Shown here piece after piece: positions 43,101 to 58,100 of a stretch of 64,000 bases of DNA. The notes below the pieces were generated by a model. It saw only the letters and a program-made list of their open reading frames with translations, did no database searches and was not told the origin of the DNA. The position numbers and the translations under genes were made by a program. Origin of the DNA: Eledone cirrhosa (Eukaryota); the NCBI GenBank assembly GCA_964016885.1, contig OZ024740.1, forward strand, positions 96,968,001-97,032,000. The letters run 5' to 3'. Every line of letters begins with the position of its first letter. Position 1 is the stretch's first letter.

Positions 43101-46100
43101 TTGTCAGTGTCGAATAAACGAGCAACGATGTTTGCTATACACTATGGCTTAATACCGGATGTTTGTTTACAAACACACCGAGCATTATAATAAATGTTCG
43201 GTGAATCCATACGTACATATATATGTACGTGCATGTATGTATATAAATTTACATACTACTGTACGTCTGTATACATATATGTATGTATGTGTACATACTT
43301 ATATATAAGTAACAGCCGTACTAAGAGTGGGAATGGAATTTCGTTTTATTTTTTCCGCTTATCGTTTTCTGTGCAACCGTCACATTAACCCACTCGATTT
43401 GCAAATTGGGCTACTCAGCCGTTAATATGCATAAGGTAAGTATATACGTTCAACAATATGGCAGGAAGGTATATGTTGCTGACGATAGCTAATAAGCTTG
43501 AAACTAGTACAGCGTTCCTTTGTCAGTGTTGAACAAACGAGCAACGATGTTTGCTATACGCTATGGCTTAATACGGGATGTTTGTTTACAAACACACCGA
43601 GCCTTATAATAAGTGTTCGGTGGAACCATACGTACATATATATGTACGTGCATGTATGCATATAAATATACATACTACTGTACGTCTGTATACTTATATG
43701 TATGTACGTATACTTACTTATATTTAAATAACAGCCGTACTAAGAGTGGGAAATGAAATTTCGTTTCATTTTTTCAGTTCATATTTTCGGTGCACCCGGC
43801 TGATGAACCCACTCGATATGCAAATTGGGCTACTCAGTCCTTAATATGCATATGGTAACTATATACGTTCAACAATCTGGCAGGAAGGTATATGTTGCTC
43901 ACGACAGCTAATAAGCTTGTAACTAGTACAGCGTTCCTTTGTCAGTGTTGAACAAAAGAACAACGATGTTTGCTATACACTATATCTTAATACCGGATGT
44001 TTGTTAACAAACACACCGAGCCTTATAATAAATGTTCGGTGAATCCATACGTACATATGTATGTGTGTGCATGTATGTATATAAATATACATACTACTGT
44101 ACGGCTGTATACATATATGTATGTACGTGTACATATATATATTTAAGAAACAGCCGTACTAAGAGTGGGAAATGAAATTTCGTTTCATTTTTTCCATTTA
44201 TCCTTTTCGGTGCACCCGGCCGATTAACCCACTCGATATGCAAATGGGGCTACTCAGACGTTAATATGCAAAAGGTAAGTATATACGTTCAACAATCTGG
44301 CAGGAAGGTATACGTTGCTGACGATAGCTAATAAGCTTGAAACTAGTACAGCGTTCCTTTGTCATTGTTGAACAAACGAGCAACGATGTTTGTTATACGC
44401 TATGACTTAATATGGGATGTTTGTTTACAAAGACACCGATTATTATAATAAGTGTTCGGTGAATCCATACATGCAGATATATGTGTGTGCATGTATGTAT
44501 ATAAATATACATACTACTGTACGTCTGTATACATATATGTATGTACGTATACTTACTTAAATTTAAATAACGGCCCTACTAAGAGTGAGAAATGAAATTT
44601 CGTTTCATTTTTTCCGTTTATCGTTTTCGGTGCACCCGGCCGATTAACCCACTCGATATGCAAATTGGGCTACTCAGCCGTTAATATGCAAGAGGTAAGT
44701 ATATACGTTCAACAATCTAGCAGGAAGGTATATGTTGTGAACGATAGCTAATAAGCTTGTAACTAGTACAGCGTTCCTTTGTCAGTGTTGAAGAAACGAG
44801 CAACGATGTTTGCTATACACTATGGCTTAATACCGGATGTTTGTTTACAAACACACCGAGCATTATAATAAATGTTCGGTGAATCCATACGTACATATGT
44901 ATATGTGTGCATGTATGTATATATAAATATACATACTACTGTACGGCTGTATACATATATGTATGTACGTGTACATATATATATATTTAAGTAACAGCCG
45001 TACTAAGAGTGGGAAATGAAATTTCGTTTCCTTTTTTCAGTTTATCGTTTTCGGTGCACCCGGCCGATTAACCCACTCGATATGCAAATTGGGCTACTCG
45101 GTCGTTAATACGAATAAAGTAATTCTATACGTTCAACAATCTGGCAGGAATGTATACGTTGCTCACGATAGCTAATAAGCTTGAAACTAGTACAGCGTTC
45201 CTTTGTCAGTGTTGAACAAACGAGCAACGATGTTTGCTAGACACTACGGCTTAATACGGGATGTTTGTTTACAAACACACCGAGCATTATAATAAATGTT
45301 CGGTGAATCCATACGTACATATATATGTGGTTGCATGTATGTATATAAATTTACATACTACTGTACGTCTGTATACATATATGTATGTATATGTACATAC
45401 TTATATATAAGTAACAGCCATACTAAGAGTGGGAATGGAATTTCGTTTTATTTTTTCCGCTTATCGTTTTCTGTGCACCCGTCAGATTAACCTACTCGAT
45501 ATGCAAATTGGGCTACTCAACCGTTAATATACATACGGTAAGTATATACGTCCAACAATCTGGCAGGAAGGTATACGTTGCTGACGATAGCTAATAAGCT
45601 TGAAACTAGTACAGCGTTCCTTTGTCAGTGTTGAAGAAACGAGCAACGATGGTTGCTAGACACTACGGCTTAATACGGGATGTTTGTTTCCAAACACACC
45701 GTGCATTATAATAAATGTACGGTGAAACCATACGTACATATATATGTGCGTGCATGTATGCATATAAATATACATACTACTGTACGTCTAAATACATATA
45801 TGTATGTACGTGTACATACTTATATTTAAGTAACAGCCGTACTAAGAGTGGGAAATGAAATTTAGTTTCATTTTTTCCGTTTATCGTTTTCGGTGCACCC
45901 GGCCGATTAACTCACTCGATATTCAAATTGGGCTACTCAGCCGTTAATATGCATAAGTTAAGTATATACGTTCAACAATCTGGCAGGAAGGTATATGTTG
46001 CTCACGATAGCTAATAAGCTTGTAACTAGTACAGCGTTCCTTTGTCAGTGTCGAATAAACGAGCAACGATGTTTGCTATACACTATGGCTTAATACCGGA

Positions 46101-49100
46101 TGTTTGTTTACAAACACACCGAGCATTATAATAAATGTTCGGTGAATCCATACGTACATATATATGTACGTGCATGTATGTATATAAATTTACATACTAC
46201 TGTACGTCTGTATACATATATGTATGTATGTGTACATACTTATATATAAGTAACAGCCGTACTAAGAGTGGGAATGGAATTTCGTTTTATTTTTTCCGCT
46301 TATCGTTTTCTGTGCAACCGTCACATTAACCCACTCGATTTGCAAATTGGGCTACTCAGCCGTTAATATGCATAAGGTAAGTATATACGTTCAACAATAT
46401 GGCAGGAAGGTATATGTTGCTGACGATAGCTAATAAGCTTGAAACTAGTACAGCGTTCCTTTGTCAGTGTTGAACAAACGAGCAACGATGTTTGCTATAC
46501 GCTATGGCTTAATACGGGATGTTTGTTTACAAACACACCGAGCCTTATAATAAGTGTTCGGTGGAACCATACGTACATATATATGTACGTGCATGTATGC
46601 ATATAAATATACATACTACTGTACGTCTGTATACATATATGTATGTACGTATACTTACTTATATTTAAATAACAGCCGTACTAAGAGTGGGAAATGAAAT
46701 TTCGTTTCATTTTTTCAGTTCATATTTTCGGTGCACCCGGCTGATGAACCCACTCGATATGCAAATTGGGCTACTCAGTCCTTAATATGCATAAGGTAAC
46801 TATATACGTTCAACAATCTGGCAGGAAGGTATATGTTGCTCACGACAGCTAATAAGCTTGTAACTAGTACAGCGTTCCTTTGTCAGTGTTGAACAAAAGA
46901 ACAACGATGTTTGCTATACACTATATCTTAATACCGGATGTTTGTTAACAAACACACCGAGCCTTATAATAAATGTTCGGTGAATCCATACGTACATATG
47001 TATGTGTGTGCATGTATGTATATAAATATACATACTACTGTACGGCTGTATACATATATGTATGTACGAGTACATATATATATTTAAGTAACAGCCGTAC
47101 TAAGAGTGGGAAATGAAATTTCGTTTCATTTTTTCCGTTTATCCTTTTCGGTGCACCCGGCCAATTAACCCACTCGATATGCAAATTGGGCTACTCAGAC
47201 GTTAATATGCAAAAGGTAAGTATATACGTTCAACAATCCGGCAGGAAGGTATACGTTGCTGACGATAGCTAATAAGCTTGAAACTAGTACAGCGTTCCTT
47301 TGTCAGTGTTGAACAAACGAGCAACGATGGTTGCTAGACACTACGGCTTAATACGGGATGTTTGTTTACAAAGACACCGATTATTATAGTAAGTGTTCGG
47401 TCAATCCATACATGCAGATATATGTGTGTGCATGTATGTATATAAATATACATACTACTGTACGTCTGTATACATATATGTATGTACGTATACTTACTTC
47501 AATTTAAATAACGGCCGTACTAAGAGTGAGAAATGAAATTTCGTTTCATTTTTTCCGTTTATCGTTTTCGGTGCACCCGGCCGATTAACCCACTCGATAT
47601 GCAAATTGGGCTACTCAGCCGTTAATATGCAAGAGGTAAGTATATACGTTCAACAATCCGGCAGGAAGGTATATGTTGCTGACGATAGCTAATAAGCTTG
47701 AAACTAGTACAGCGTTCCTTTGTCAGTGTTGAACAAACGAGCAACGATGTTTGCTATACGCTATGGCTTAATACGGGATGTTTGTTTACAAACACAACGA
47801 GCCTTATAATAAATGTTTGGTGAATCCATACGTACATATATATGTCGTTGCATGTATGTATATAAATTTACATACTACTGTACGTCTGTATACATATATG
47901 TATGTATATGTACATACTTATATATAAGTAACAGCCGTACTAAGAGTGGGAATGGAATTTCGTTTTATTTTTTCCGCTTATCGTTTTCTGTGCACCCGTC
48001 AGATTAACCTACTCGATATGCAAAGTGGGCTACTCAACCGTTAATATACATACGGTAAGTATATACGTCCAACAATCTGGCAGGAAGGTATACGTTGCTG
48101 ACGATAGCTAATAAGCTTGAAATTAGTACAGCGTTCCTTTGTCAGTGTTGAACAAACGAGCAACGATGGTTGCTATACACTACGGCTTAATAAGGGATGT
48201 TTGTTTTCAAACACACCGTGCATTATAATAAATGTTCGGTGAAACCATACGTACATGTATATGTGTGTGCATGTATGCATATAGATATACATACTACTGT
48301 ACGTCTGTATACATATATGTATGTACGTGTACATACTTATATTTAAGTAACAGCCGTACTAAGAGTGGGAAATGCAATTTAGTTTCATTTTTTCCGTTTA
48401 TCGTTTTCGGTGCACCCGGCCGATTAACCCACTCGATAGCCCAATTGGGCTACTCGGCCGTTAATATTCATAAAGTAAGTATATACTTTCAACAATCTGG
48501 CAGGAAGGTATACGTTGCTGACGATATCTAATAAGCTTGAAACTAGTAGAGCGTTCCTTTGGCAGTGTTGAAGAAACGAGTAACGATGGTTGCTAGACAC
48601 TACGGCTTAATACGGGATGTTTGTTTACAAACACACCGATTATTATAATAAGTGTTCGGTGAATCTATACGTGTATATATATGTGTGTGCATGTATGTAT
48701 ATAAATATACATACTACTGTACGTCTGTATACATATATGTATGTACGTATACTTACTTATATTTAAATAACAGCCGTACTAAGCGTGGGAAATGAAATTT
48801 CGTTTCATTTTTTCCGTTTATCGTTTTCGGTGCACACGGCCGATTAACCCACACGATATGCAAATTTGACTACTCAGCCGTTAATATACAAAAGGTAAGT
48901 ATATACGTTCAACAATCTGGCAGGAAGGTATACTTTGCTGACGATAGCTAATAAGCTTGAAACTAGTACAGCGTTCCTTTGTCAGTGTTGAAGAAACGAG
49001 CAACGATGGTTGCTAGACACTACGGCTTAATATGGGATGTTTGTTTACAAACACATGTTCGGTGAATCCATACGTACATATATATGTGCGTGCATGTATG

Positions 49101-52100
49101 TATATAAATATACATACTACTGTACGTCTGTATACATATATGTATGTACGTATACTTACTTATATTTAAATAACAGCCGTACTAAGCGTGGGAAATGAAA
49201 TTTCGTTTCATTATTTCCGTTTATCGATTTCGGTGCACCCGGCCGATTAACCCACTCGATATGCAAATTGGGCTACTCAGCCGTTAATATGCATAAAGTA
49301 TGTATATACTTTGAAACAATCTGGCAGTATGGTATACGTTGCTGACGATAGCTAATAAGCTTGAAACTAGTACAGCGTTCCTTTGGCAGTGTTGAACAAA
49401 CGAGCAACGATGGTTGCTAGACACTACGGCTTAATACGGGATGTTTGTTTACAAAGACACCGATTATTATAATAAGTGTTCGGTGAATCTATACGTGCAG
49501 ATATATGTGTGTGCATGTATGTATATAAATATACATACTACTGTACGTCTGTATACATATATGTATGTACGTATACTTACTTATATTTAAATAACAGCCG
49601 TACTAAGAGTGGGAAATGAAATTTCGTTTGATTTTTCCGTTTATCGTTTTCGGTGCACCCGGCCGATTAACCCACTCGATATGCAAATTGGGCTACTCAG
49701 CCGTTAATATGCAAAAGGTAAGTATATACGTTCAACAATCTGGCAGGAAGGTATACGTTGCTGACGATAGCTAATAAGCTTGAAACTAGTACAGCGTTCC
49801 TTCGTCAATGTTGAAGAAACGAGCAACGATGCTTGCTAGACACTACGGCTTAATACGGGATGTTTGTTTACAAAAACACCGAGCATTATAATAAATGTTC
49901 GGTGAATCCATACGTACATATATATGTGTGTGCATGTATGTATATAAATATACATACTATTGTACGTCTGTAAACATATATGTATGTACGTGTACATACT
50001 TATATATAAGTAACAGCCGTACTAAGAGTGGGAATAGAATTTCGTTTTATTTTTTCCGCTTATCGTTTTCGGTGCACCCGTCAGATTAACCCACTCGATA
50101 TGCAAATTGGGCTACTCAACAGTTAATATGCATACGGTAAGTATATAAGTCCAACAATCTGGCAGGAAGGTATACGTTGCTGCCGATAGCTAATAGGCTT
50201 GAAACTAGTACAGCGTTCCTTTGTCAGTGTTGAAGAAACGAGCAACGATGGTTGCTAGACACTACGGCTTAATACGGGATGTTTGTTTCCAAACACACCT
50301 TGCATTATAATAAATGTTCGGTGAAACTATACGTACATATATATGTGCGTGCATGTATGTATATAAATATACATACTACTGTACGTCTATATACATATAT
50401 GTATGTACGTGTACATACTTATATTTAAGTAACTGCCGTACTAAGGGTGGGAAATGAAATTTAGTTTAATTTTTTCCGTTTATCGTTTTCGGTGCACCCG
50501 GCCGATTAACCCACTCGATATGCAAATTGGGCTACTGAGCCGTTAATATGCATAAGGTATGTAAATACTTTCAACAATCTGGCAGGAAGGTATATGTTGC
50601 TGACGATAGCTAATAAGCTTGAAACTAGTACAGCGTTCCTTTGTCAGTGATGAACAAACGAGCAACGATGTTTGCTATACGCTATGGCTTAATACCGGAT
50701 GTTTGTTTACAAACATACCGAGCATTATAATAAATGTTCGGTGAAACCATACGTACATATATATGTGCGTGCATGTATGCATATAAATATACATACTACT
50801 GTACGTCTGTATACATATATGTATGTACGTGTACATACTTATATTTAAATAACAGCCGTACTAAGAGTGGGAAATTGAATTTCGTTTCATTCTATCCGTG
50901 TATCGTTTTCGTTGCACCCGGCCGATTAACACACTCGATATGCAAATTGGGCTACTCAGCCGTTAATATGCAAAAGGTAATTATATATGTTCAACAATCT
51001 GGCATGAATGTATACGTTGTTGACGATAGCTAATAAGCTTGAAACTAGTACAGCGTTCCTTTTTCAGTGTTGAAGAAACGAGCAACGATGGTTGCTAGAC
51101 ACTACGGCTTAATAGGGGATGTTTATTTACAAACACCCCGAGAATTATAATAAATGTTCGGTGAATCCATACGTACATATATATGTGTGTGCATGTATGT
51201 ATATAAATATTCGTACTACTGTACGTCTGTATACATATATGTATGTACGTGTACATATTTATATTTAAGTAACAGCCGTACTAAGAGTGGGAAATGAAAT
51301 TTCGTTTAATTTTTTCCGTTTATTGTTTTCGGTGCACCCGGCCTATTAACCCACTCGATATGCAAATTGGGCTACTCAGTCGTTAATATGCATAAAGTAA
51401 GTTTATACGTTCAACAATCTGGCAGGAAGGTATACGTTGCTGACGATAGCTAATAAACATGAAACTAGTACAGCGTTCCTTTGTCAGTGTTGAACAAACG
51501 AGCAACGATGTTTGCTCAAAACTACGGCTTAATACGGGATGTTTGTTTACAAACACACCGAGCATTATAATAAATGTGCGGTGAATCCATACGTCATATA
51601 TATGTGTGTGCATGTATGTATATAAATATGCATACTATTGTACGTCTGTATACATATATGTATGTACGTGTACATACTTATATTTAAGTAACAGCCATAC
51701 TAAGAGTGGGAATAGAATTTCGTTTCATTTTTTCCGCGTATCGTTTTCGGTGCACCCGTCAGATTAACCCACTCGATTTGCAAATTGGGCTACTCAACAG
51801 TTAATATGCATACGGTAAGTATATACGTCCAACAATCTGGCAGGAAGGTATACGTTGCTGACGATAGCTAATAAGCTTGAAACTAGTACAGCGTTCCTTT
51901 GTCAGTGTTGAAGAAAAGAGCAACGATGGTTGCTAGACACTACGGCTTAATACGGGATGTTTGTTTCCAAACACACCGTGCATTATAATAAATGTTCGGT
52001 GAAACCATACGTACATATATATGTGCGTGCATGTATGCATATAAATATACATACTACTGTACGTCTATATACATATATGTATGTACGTGTACATACTTAT

Positions 52101-55100
52101 ATTTAAGTAACAGCCGTACTAAGAGTGGGAAATGAAATTTAGTTTTATTTTTTCCGTTTATCGTTTTCGGTGCACCCGGTCGATTAACCCACTCGATATG
52201 CAAATTGGGCTACTCAACCGTTAATATACATACGGTAAGTATATACGTTCAACAATCTGGCAGGAAGGTATATGTTGCTCACGATAGCTAATAAGCTTGT
52301 AACTAGTACAGCGTTCCTTTGTCAGTGTTGACCAAAAGAACAACGATGTTTGCTATACACTATATCTTAATACCGGATGTTTGTTAACAAACACACCGAG
52401 CCTTATAATAAATGTTCGATGAATCCATACGTACATATGTATGTGTGTGCATGTATGTATATAAATATACATACTACTGTACGGCTGTATACATATATGT
52501 ATGTACGTGTACATATATATATTTAAGTAACAGCCGTACTAAGAGTGGGAAATGAAATTTCGTTTCTTTTTTTCCGTATATCCTTTTCGGTGCACCCGGC
52601 CGATTAACCCACTCGATATGCAAATTGGGCTACTCAGACGTTAATATGCAAAAGGTAAGTATATACGTTCAACAATCTGGCAGGAAGGTATACGTTGCTG
52701 ACAATAGCTAATAAGCTTGAAACTAGTACAGCGTTCCTTTGTCAGTGTTGAACAAACGAGCAAAGATGGTTGCTAGACACTACGGCTTAATACGGGATGT
52801 TTGTTTACAAAGACACCGATTATTAAAATAATGTTCGGTGAATCTATACGTGCAGATATATGTGTGTGCATGTATGTATATAAATATACATACTACTGTC
52901 CGTCTGTATACATATATGTATGTACGTATACTTACTTATATTTAAAGTAACAGCCGTACTAAGAGTGGGAAATGAAATTTCGTTGCATTTTTCCGTTTAT
53001 CGTTTTCGGTGCACCCGGCCGATTAACCCACTCGATATGCAAATTGGGCTACTCAGCCGTTAATATGCAAAAGGTAAGTATATACGTTCAACAATCTGGC
53101 AGGAACGTATACGTTGCTGACGATAGCTAATAAGCTTGTAACTAGTCCAGCGTTCCTTTGGCAGTGTTGAACAAACGAGCAACGATGGTTGCTAGACACT
53201 ACGGCTTAATACGGGATGTTTGTTTACAAAAACACCGAGCATTATAATAAATGTTCGGTGAATCCATACGTACATATATATGTGTGTGCATGTATGTATA
53301 TAAATATATATACTATTGTACGTCTGTATACATTTATGTATGTACGTGTACATACTTATATATAAGTAACAGCCGTACTAAGAGTGGGAATAGAATTTCG
53401 TTTTATTTTTTCCGCTTCTCGTTTTCGGTGCACCCGTCAGATTAACCCACTCGATATGCAAATTGGGCTACTCAACAGTTAATATGTATACGGTAATTAT
53501 ATACGTCCAACAATCTGGCAGGAAGGTATATGTTGCTGACGATAGCTAATAAGCTTGAAACTAGTACAGCGTTCCTTTGTCAGTGTTGAAGAAACGAGCA
53601 ACGATGGTTGCTAGACACTACGGCTTAATACGGGATGTTTGTTTCCCAACACACCGTGCATTATAATAAATGTTCGGTGAAACCATACGTACATATATAT
53701 GTGCGTGCATGTATGCATATAAATATACATACTACTGTACGTCTAAATACATATATGTATGTACGTGTACATACTTATATTTAAGTAACAGCCGTACTAA
53801 GAGTGGGAAATGAAATTTAGTTTCATTTTTTCCGTTTATCGTTTTCGGTGCACCCAGCCGATTAACCCACTCGATATTCAAATTGGGCTACTCAGCCGTT
53901 AATATGCATAAGCTAAGTATATACGTTCAACAATCTGGCAGGAAGGTATATGTTGCTCACGATAGCTAATAAGCTTGAAACTAGTACAGCGTTCCTTTGT
54001 CAGTGTCGAATAAACGAGCAACGATGTTTGCTATACACTATGGCTTAATACCGGATGTTTGTTTACAAACACACCGAGCATTATAATAAATGTTCGGTGA
54101 ATCCATACGTACATATATATATGTGTGCATGTATGTATATATATTATACATACTACTGTACGGCTGCATACATATATGTATGTACGTGTACATACTTATA
54201 TTAAAATAACAGCCGTACTAAGAGTGGGAAATTGAATTTCGTTTCATTCTATCCGTGTATCGTTTTCGGGGCACCCGGCCGATTAACACACTCGATATGC
54301 AAATTGGGCTACTCAGCCGTTAATAAGCCTAAGGTAATTATATACGTTCAACAATCTGGCATGAATGTATACGTTGCTGACGATAGCTAATAAGCTTGAA
54401 ACTTGTACAGCGTTCCTTTTTCAGTGTTGAACTAACGAGCAACGATGGTTGCTAGACACTACGGCTTAATACGGCATGTTTATTTACAAACACCCCGAGA
54501 ATTATAATAAATGTTCGGTGAATCCATACGTACATATATATGTGTGTGCATGTATGTATATAAATATTCGTACTACTGTACGTCTGTATACATATATGTA
54601 TGTACGTGTACATATTTATATTTAAGTAACAGCCGTACTAAGAGTGGGAAATGAAATTTCGTTTAATTTTTTCCGTTTACTGTTTCCGGTGCACCCGGCC
54701 GATTAACCCACTCGATATGCAAATTGGGCTACTCAGTCGTTAATATGCATAAAGTAAGTTTATACGTTCAACAATCTGGCAGGAAGGTATACGTTGCTGA
54801 CGATAGCTAATAAACTTGAAACTAGTACAGCGTTCCTTTGTCAGTGTTGAACAAACGAGCAACGATGTTTGCTCAAAACTACGGCTTAATACCGGATGTT
54901 TGTTTACAAACACACCGAGCATTATAATAAATGTTCGGTGAATCCATACGTACATATATATGTACGTGCATGTATGTATATAAATATACATACTACTGTA
55001 CGGCTGTATACATATATGTATGTACGAGTACATATATATATTTAAGTAACAGCCGTACTAAGAGTGGGAAATGAAATTTCGTTTCATTTTTTCCGTTTAT

Positions 55101-58100
55101 CCTTTTCGGTGCACCCGGCCGATTAACCCACTCGATATGCAAATTGGGCTACTCAGACGTTAATATGCAAAAGGTAAGTATATACGTTCAACAATCTGGC
55201 AGGAAGGTATACGTTGCTGACGATAGCTAATAAGCTTGAAACTAGTACAGCGTTCCTTTGTCAGTGTTGAACAAACGAGCAACAATGGTTGCTAGACACT
55301 ACGGCTTAATACGGGATGCTTGTTTACAAAGACACCGATTATTACAGTAAGTGTTCGGTCAATCCATACATGCAGATATATGTGTGTGCATGTATGTATA
55401 TAAATATACATACTACTGTACGCCTGTATACATATATGTATGTACGTATACTTACTTAAATTTAAATAACGGCCGTACTAAGAGTGAGAAATGAAATTTC
55501 GTTTCATTTTTTCCGATTATCGTTTTCGGTGCACCCGGCCGATTAACCCACTCGATATGCAAATTGGGCTACTCAGCCGTTAATATGCAAGAGGTAAGTA
55601 TATACGTTCAACAATCCGGCAGGAAGGTATATGTTGCTGACGATAGCTAATAAGCTTGAAACTAGTACAGCGTTCCTTTGTCAGTGTTGAACAAACGAGC
55701 AACGATGTTTGCAATACGCTATGGCTTAATACGGGATGTTTGTTTACAAACACACCGAGCATTATAATAAATGTTCGGTGAAACCATACGTACATATATA
55801 TGTACGTGCATGTATGCATATCAATATACATACTACTGTACGTCTGTATACATATATGTATGTACGTATACTTACTTATATTTAAATAACAGCCGTACTA
55901 AGAGTGGGAAATGAAATTTCGTTTCATTTTTTCAGTTCATCATTTTCGGTGCACCCGGCTGATGAACCCACTCGATATGCAAATTGGGCTACTCAGTCCT
56001 TAATATGCATAAGGTAACTATATACGTTCAACAATCTGGCAGGAAGGTATATGTTGCTCACGATAGCTAATAAGCTTTAACTAGTACAGCGTTCCTTTGT
56101 CAGTGTTGAACAAAAGAACAACGATGTTTGCTATACACTATATCTTAATACCGGATGTTTGTTAACAAACACACCGAGCCTTATAATAAATGTTCGGTGA
56201 ATCCATACGTACATATGTATGTGTGTGCATGTATGTATATAAATATACATACTACTGTACGGCTGTATACATATATGTATGTACGTGTACATATATATAT
56301 TTAAGAAACAGCCGTACTAAGAGTGGGAAATGAAATTTCGTTTCATTTTTTCCATTTATCCTTTTCGGTGCACCCGGCCGATTAACCCACTCGATATGCA
56401 AATGGGGCTACTCAGACGTTAATATGCAAAAGGTAAGTATATACGTTCAACAATCTGGCAGGAAGGTATACGTTGCTGACGATAGCTAATAAGCTTGAAA
56501 CTAGTACAACGTTCCTTTGTCATTGTTGAACAAACGAGCAACGATGTTTGTTATACGCTATGACTTAATATGGGATGTTTGTTTACAAAGACACCGATTA
56601 TTATAATAAGTGTTCGGTGAATCCATACATGCAGATATATGTGTGTGCATGTATGTATATAAATATACATACTACTGTACGTATGTATACATATATGTAT
56701 GTACGTATACTTACTTAAATTTAAATAACGGCCCTACTAAGAGTGAGAAATGAAATTTCGTTTCATTTTTTCCGTTTATCGTTTTCGGTGCACCCGGCCG
56801 ATTAACCCACTCGATATGCAAATTGGGCTACTCAGCCGTTAATATGCAAGAGGTAAGTATATACGTTCAACAATCTAGCAGGAAGGTATATGTTGTGAAC
56901 GATAGCTAATAAGCTTGTAACTAGTACAGCGTTCCTTTGTCAGTGTTGAAGAAACGAGCAACGATGTTTGCTATACACTATGGCTTAATACCGGATGTTT
57001 GTTTACAAACACACCGAGCATTATAATAAATGTTCGGTGAATCCATACGTACATATATATGTGGTTGCATGTATGTATATAAATTTACATACTACTGTAC
57101 GTCTGTATACATATATGTATGTATATGTACATACTTATATATAAGTAACAGCCATACTAAGAGTGGGAATGGAATTTCGTTTTATTTTTTCCGCTTATCG
57201 TTTTCTGTGCACCCGTCAGATTAACCTACTCGATATGCAAATTGGGCTACTCAACCGTTAATATACATACGGTAAGTATATACGTCCAACAATCTGGCAG
57301 GAAGGTATACGTTGCTGACGATAGCTAATAAGCTTGAAACTAGTACAGCGTTCCTTTGTCAGTGTTGAAGAAACGAGCAACGATGGTTGCTAGACACTAC
57401 GGCTTAATACGGGATGTTTGTTTCCAAACACACCGTGCATTATAATAAATGTACGGTGAAACCATACGTACATATATATGTGCGTGCATGTATGCATATA
57501 AATATACATACTACTGTACGTCTAAAGACATATATGTATGTACGTGTACATACTTATATTTAAGTAACAGCCGTACTAAGAGTGGGAAATGAAATTTAGT
57601 TTCATTTTTTCCGTTTATCGTTTTCGGTGCACCCGGCCGATTAACCCACTCGATATTCAAATTGGGCTACTCAGCCGTTAATATGCATAAGTTAAGTATA
57701 TACGTTCAACAATCTGGCAGGAAGGTATATGTTGCTCACGATAGCTAATAAGCTTGTAACTAGTACAGCGTTCCTTTGTCAGTGTCGAATAAACGAGCAA
57801 CGATGTTTGCTATACACTATGGCTTAATACCGGATGTTTGTTTACAAACACACCGAGCATTATAATAAATGTTCGGTGAATCCATACGTACATATATATG
57901 TACGTGCATGTATGTATATAAATTTACATACTACTGTACGTCTGTATACATATATGTATGTATGTGTACATACTTATATATAAGTAACAGCCGTACTAAG
58001 AGTGGGAATGGAATTTCGTTTTATTTTTTCCGCTTATCGTTTTCTGTGCAACCGTCACATTAACCCACTCGATTTGCAAATTGGGCTACTCAGCCGTTAA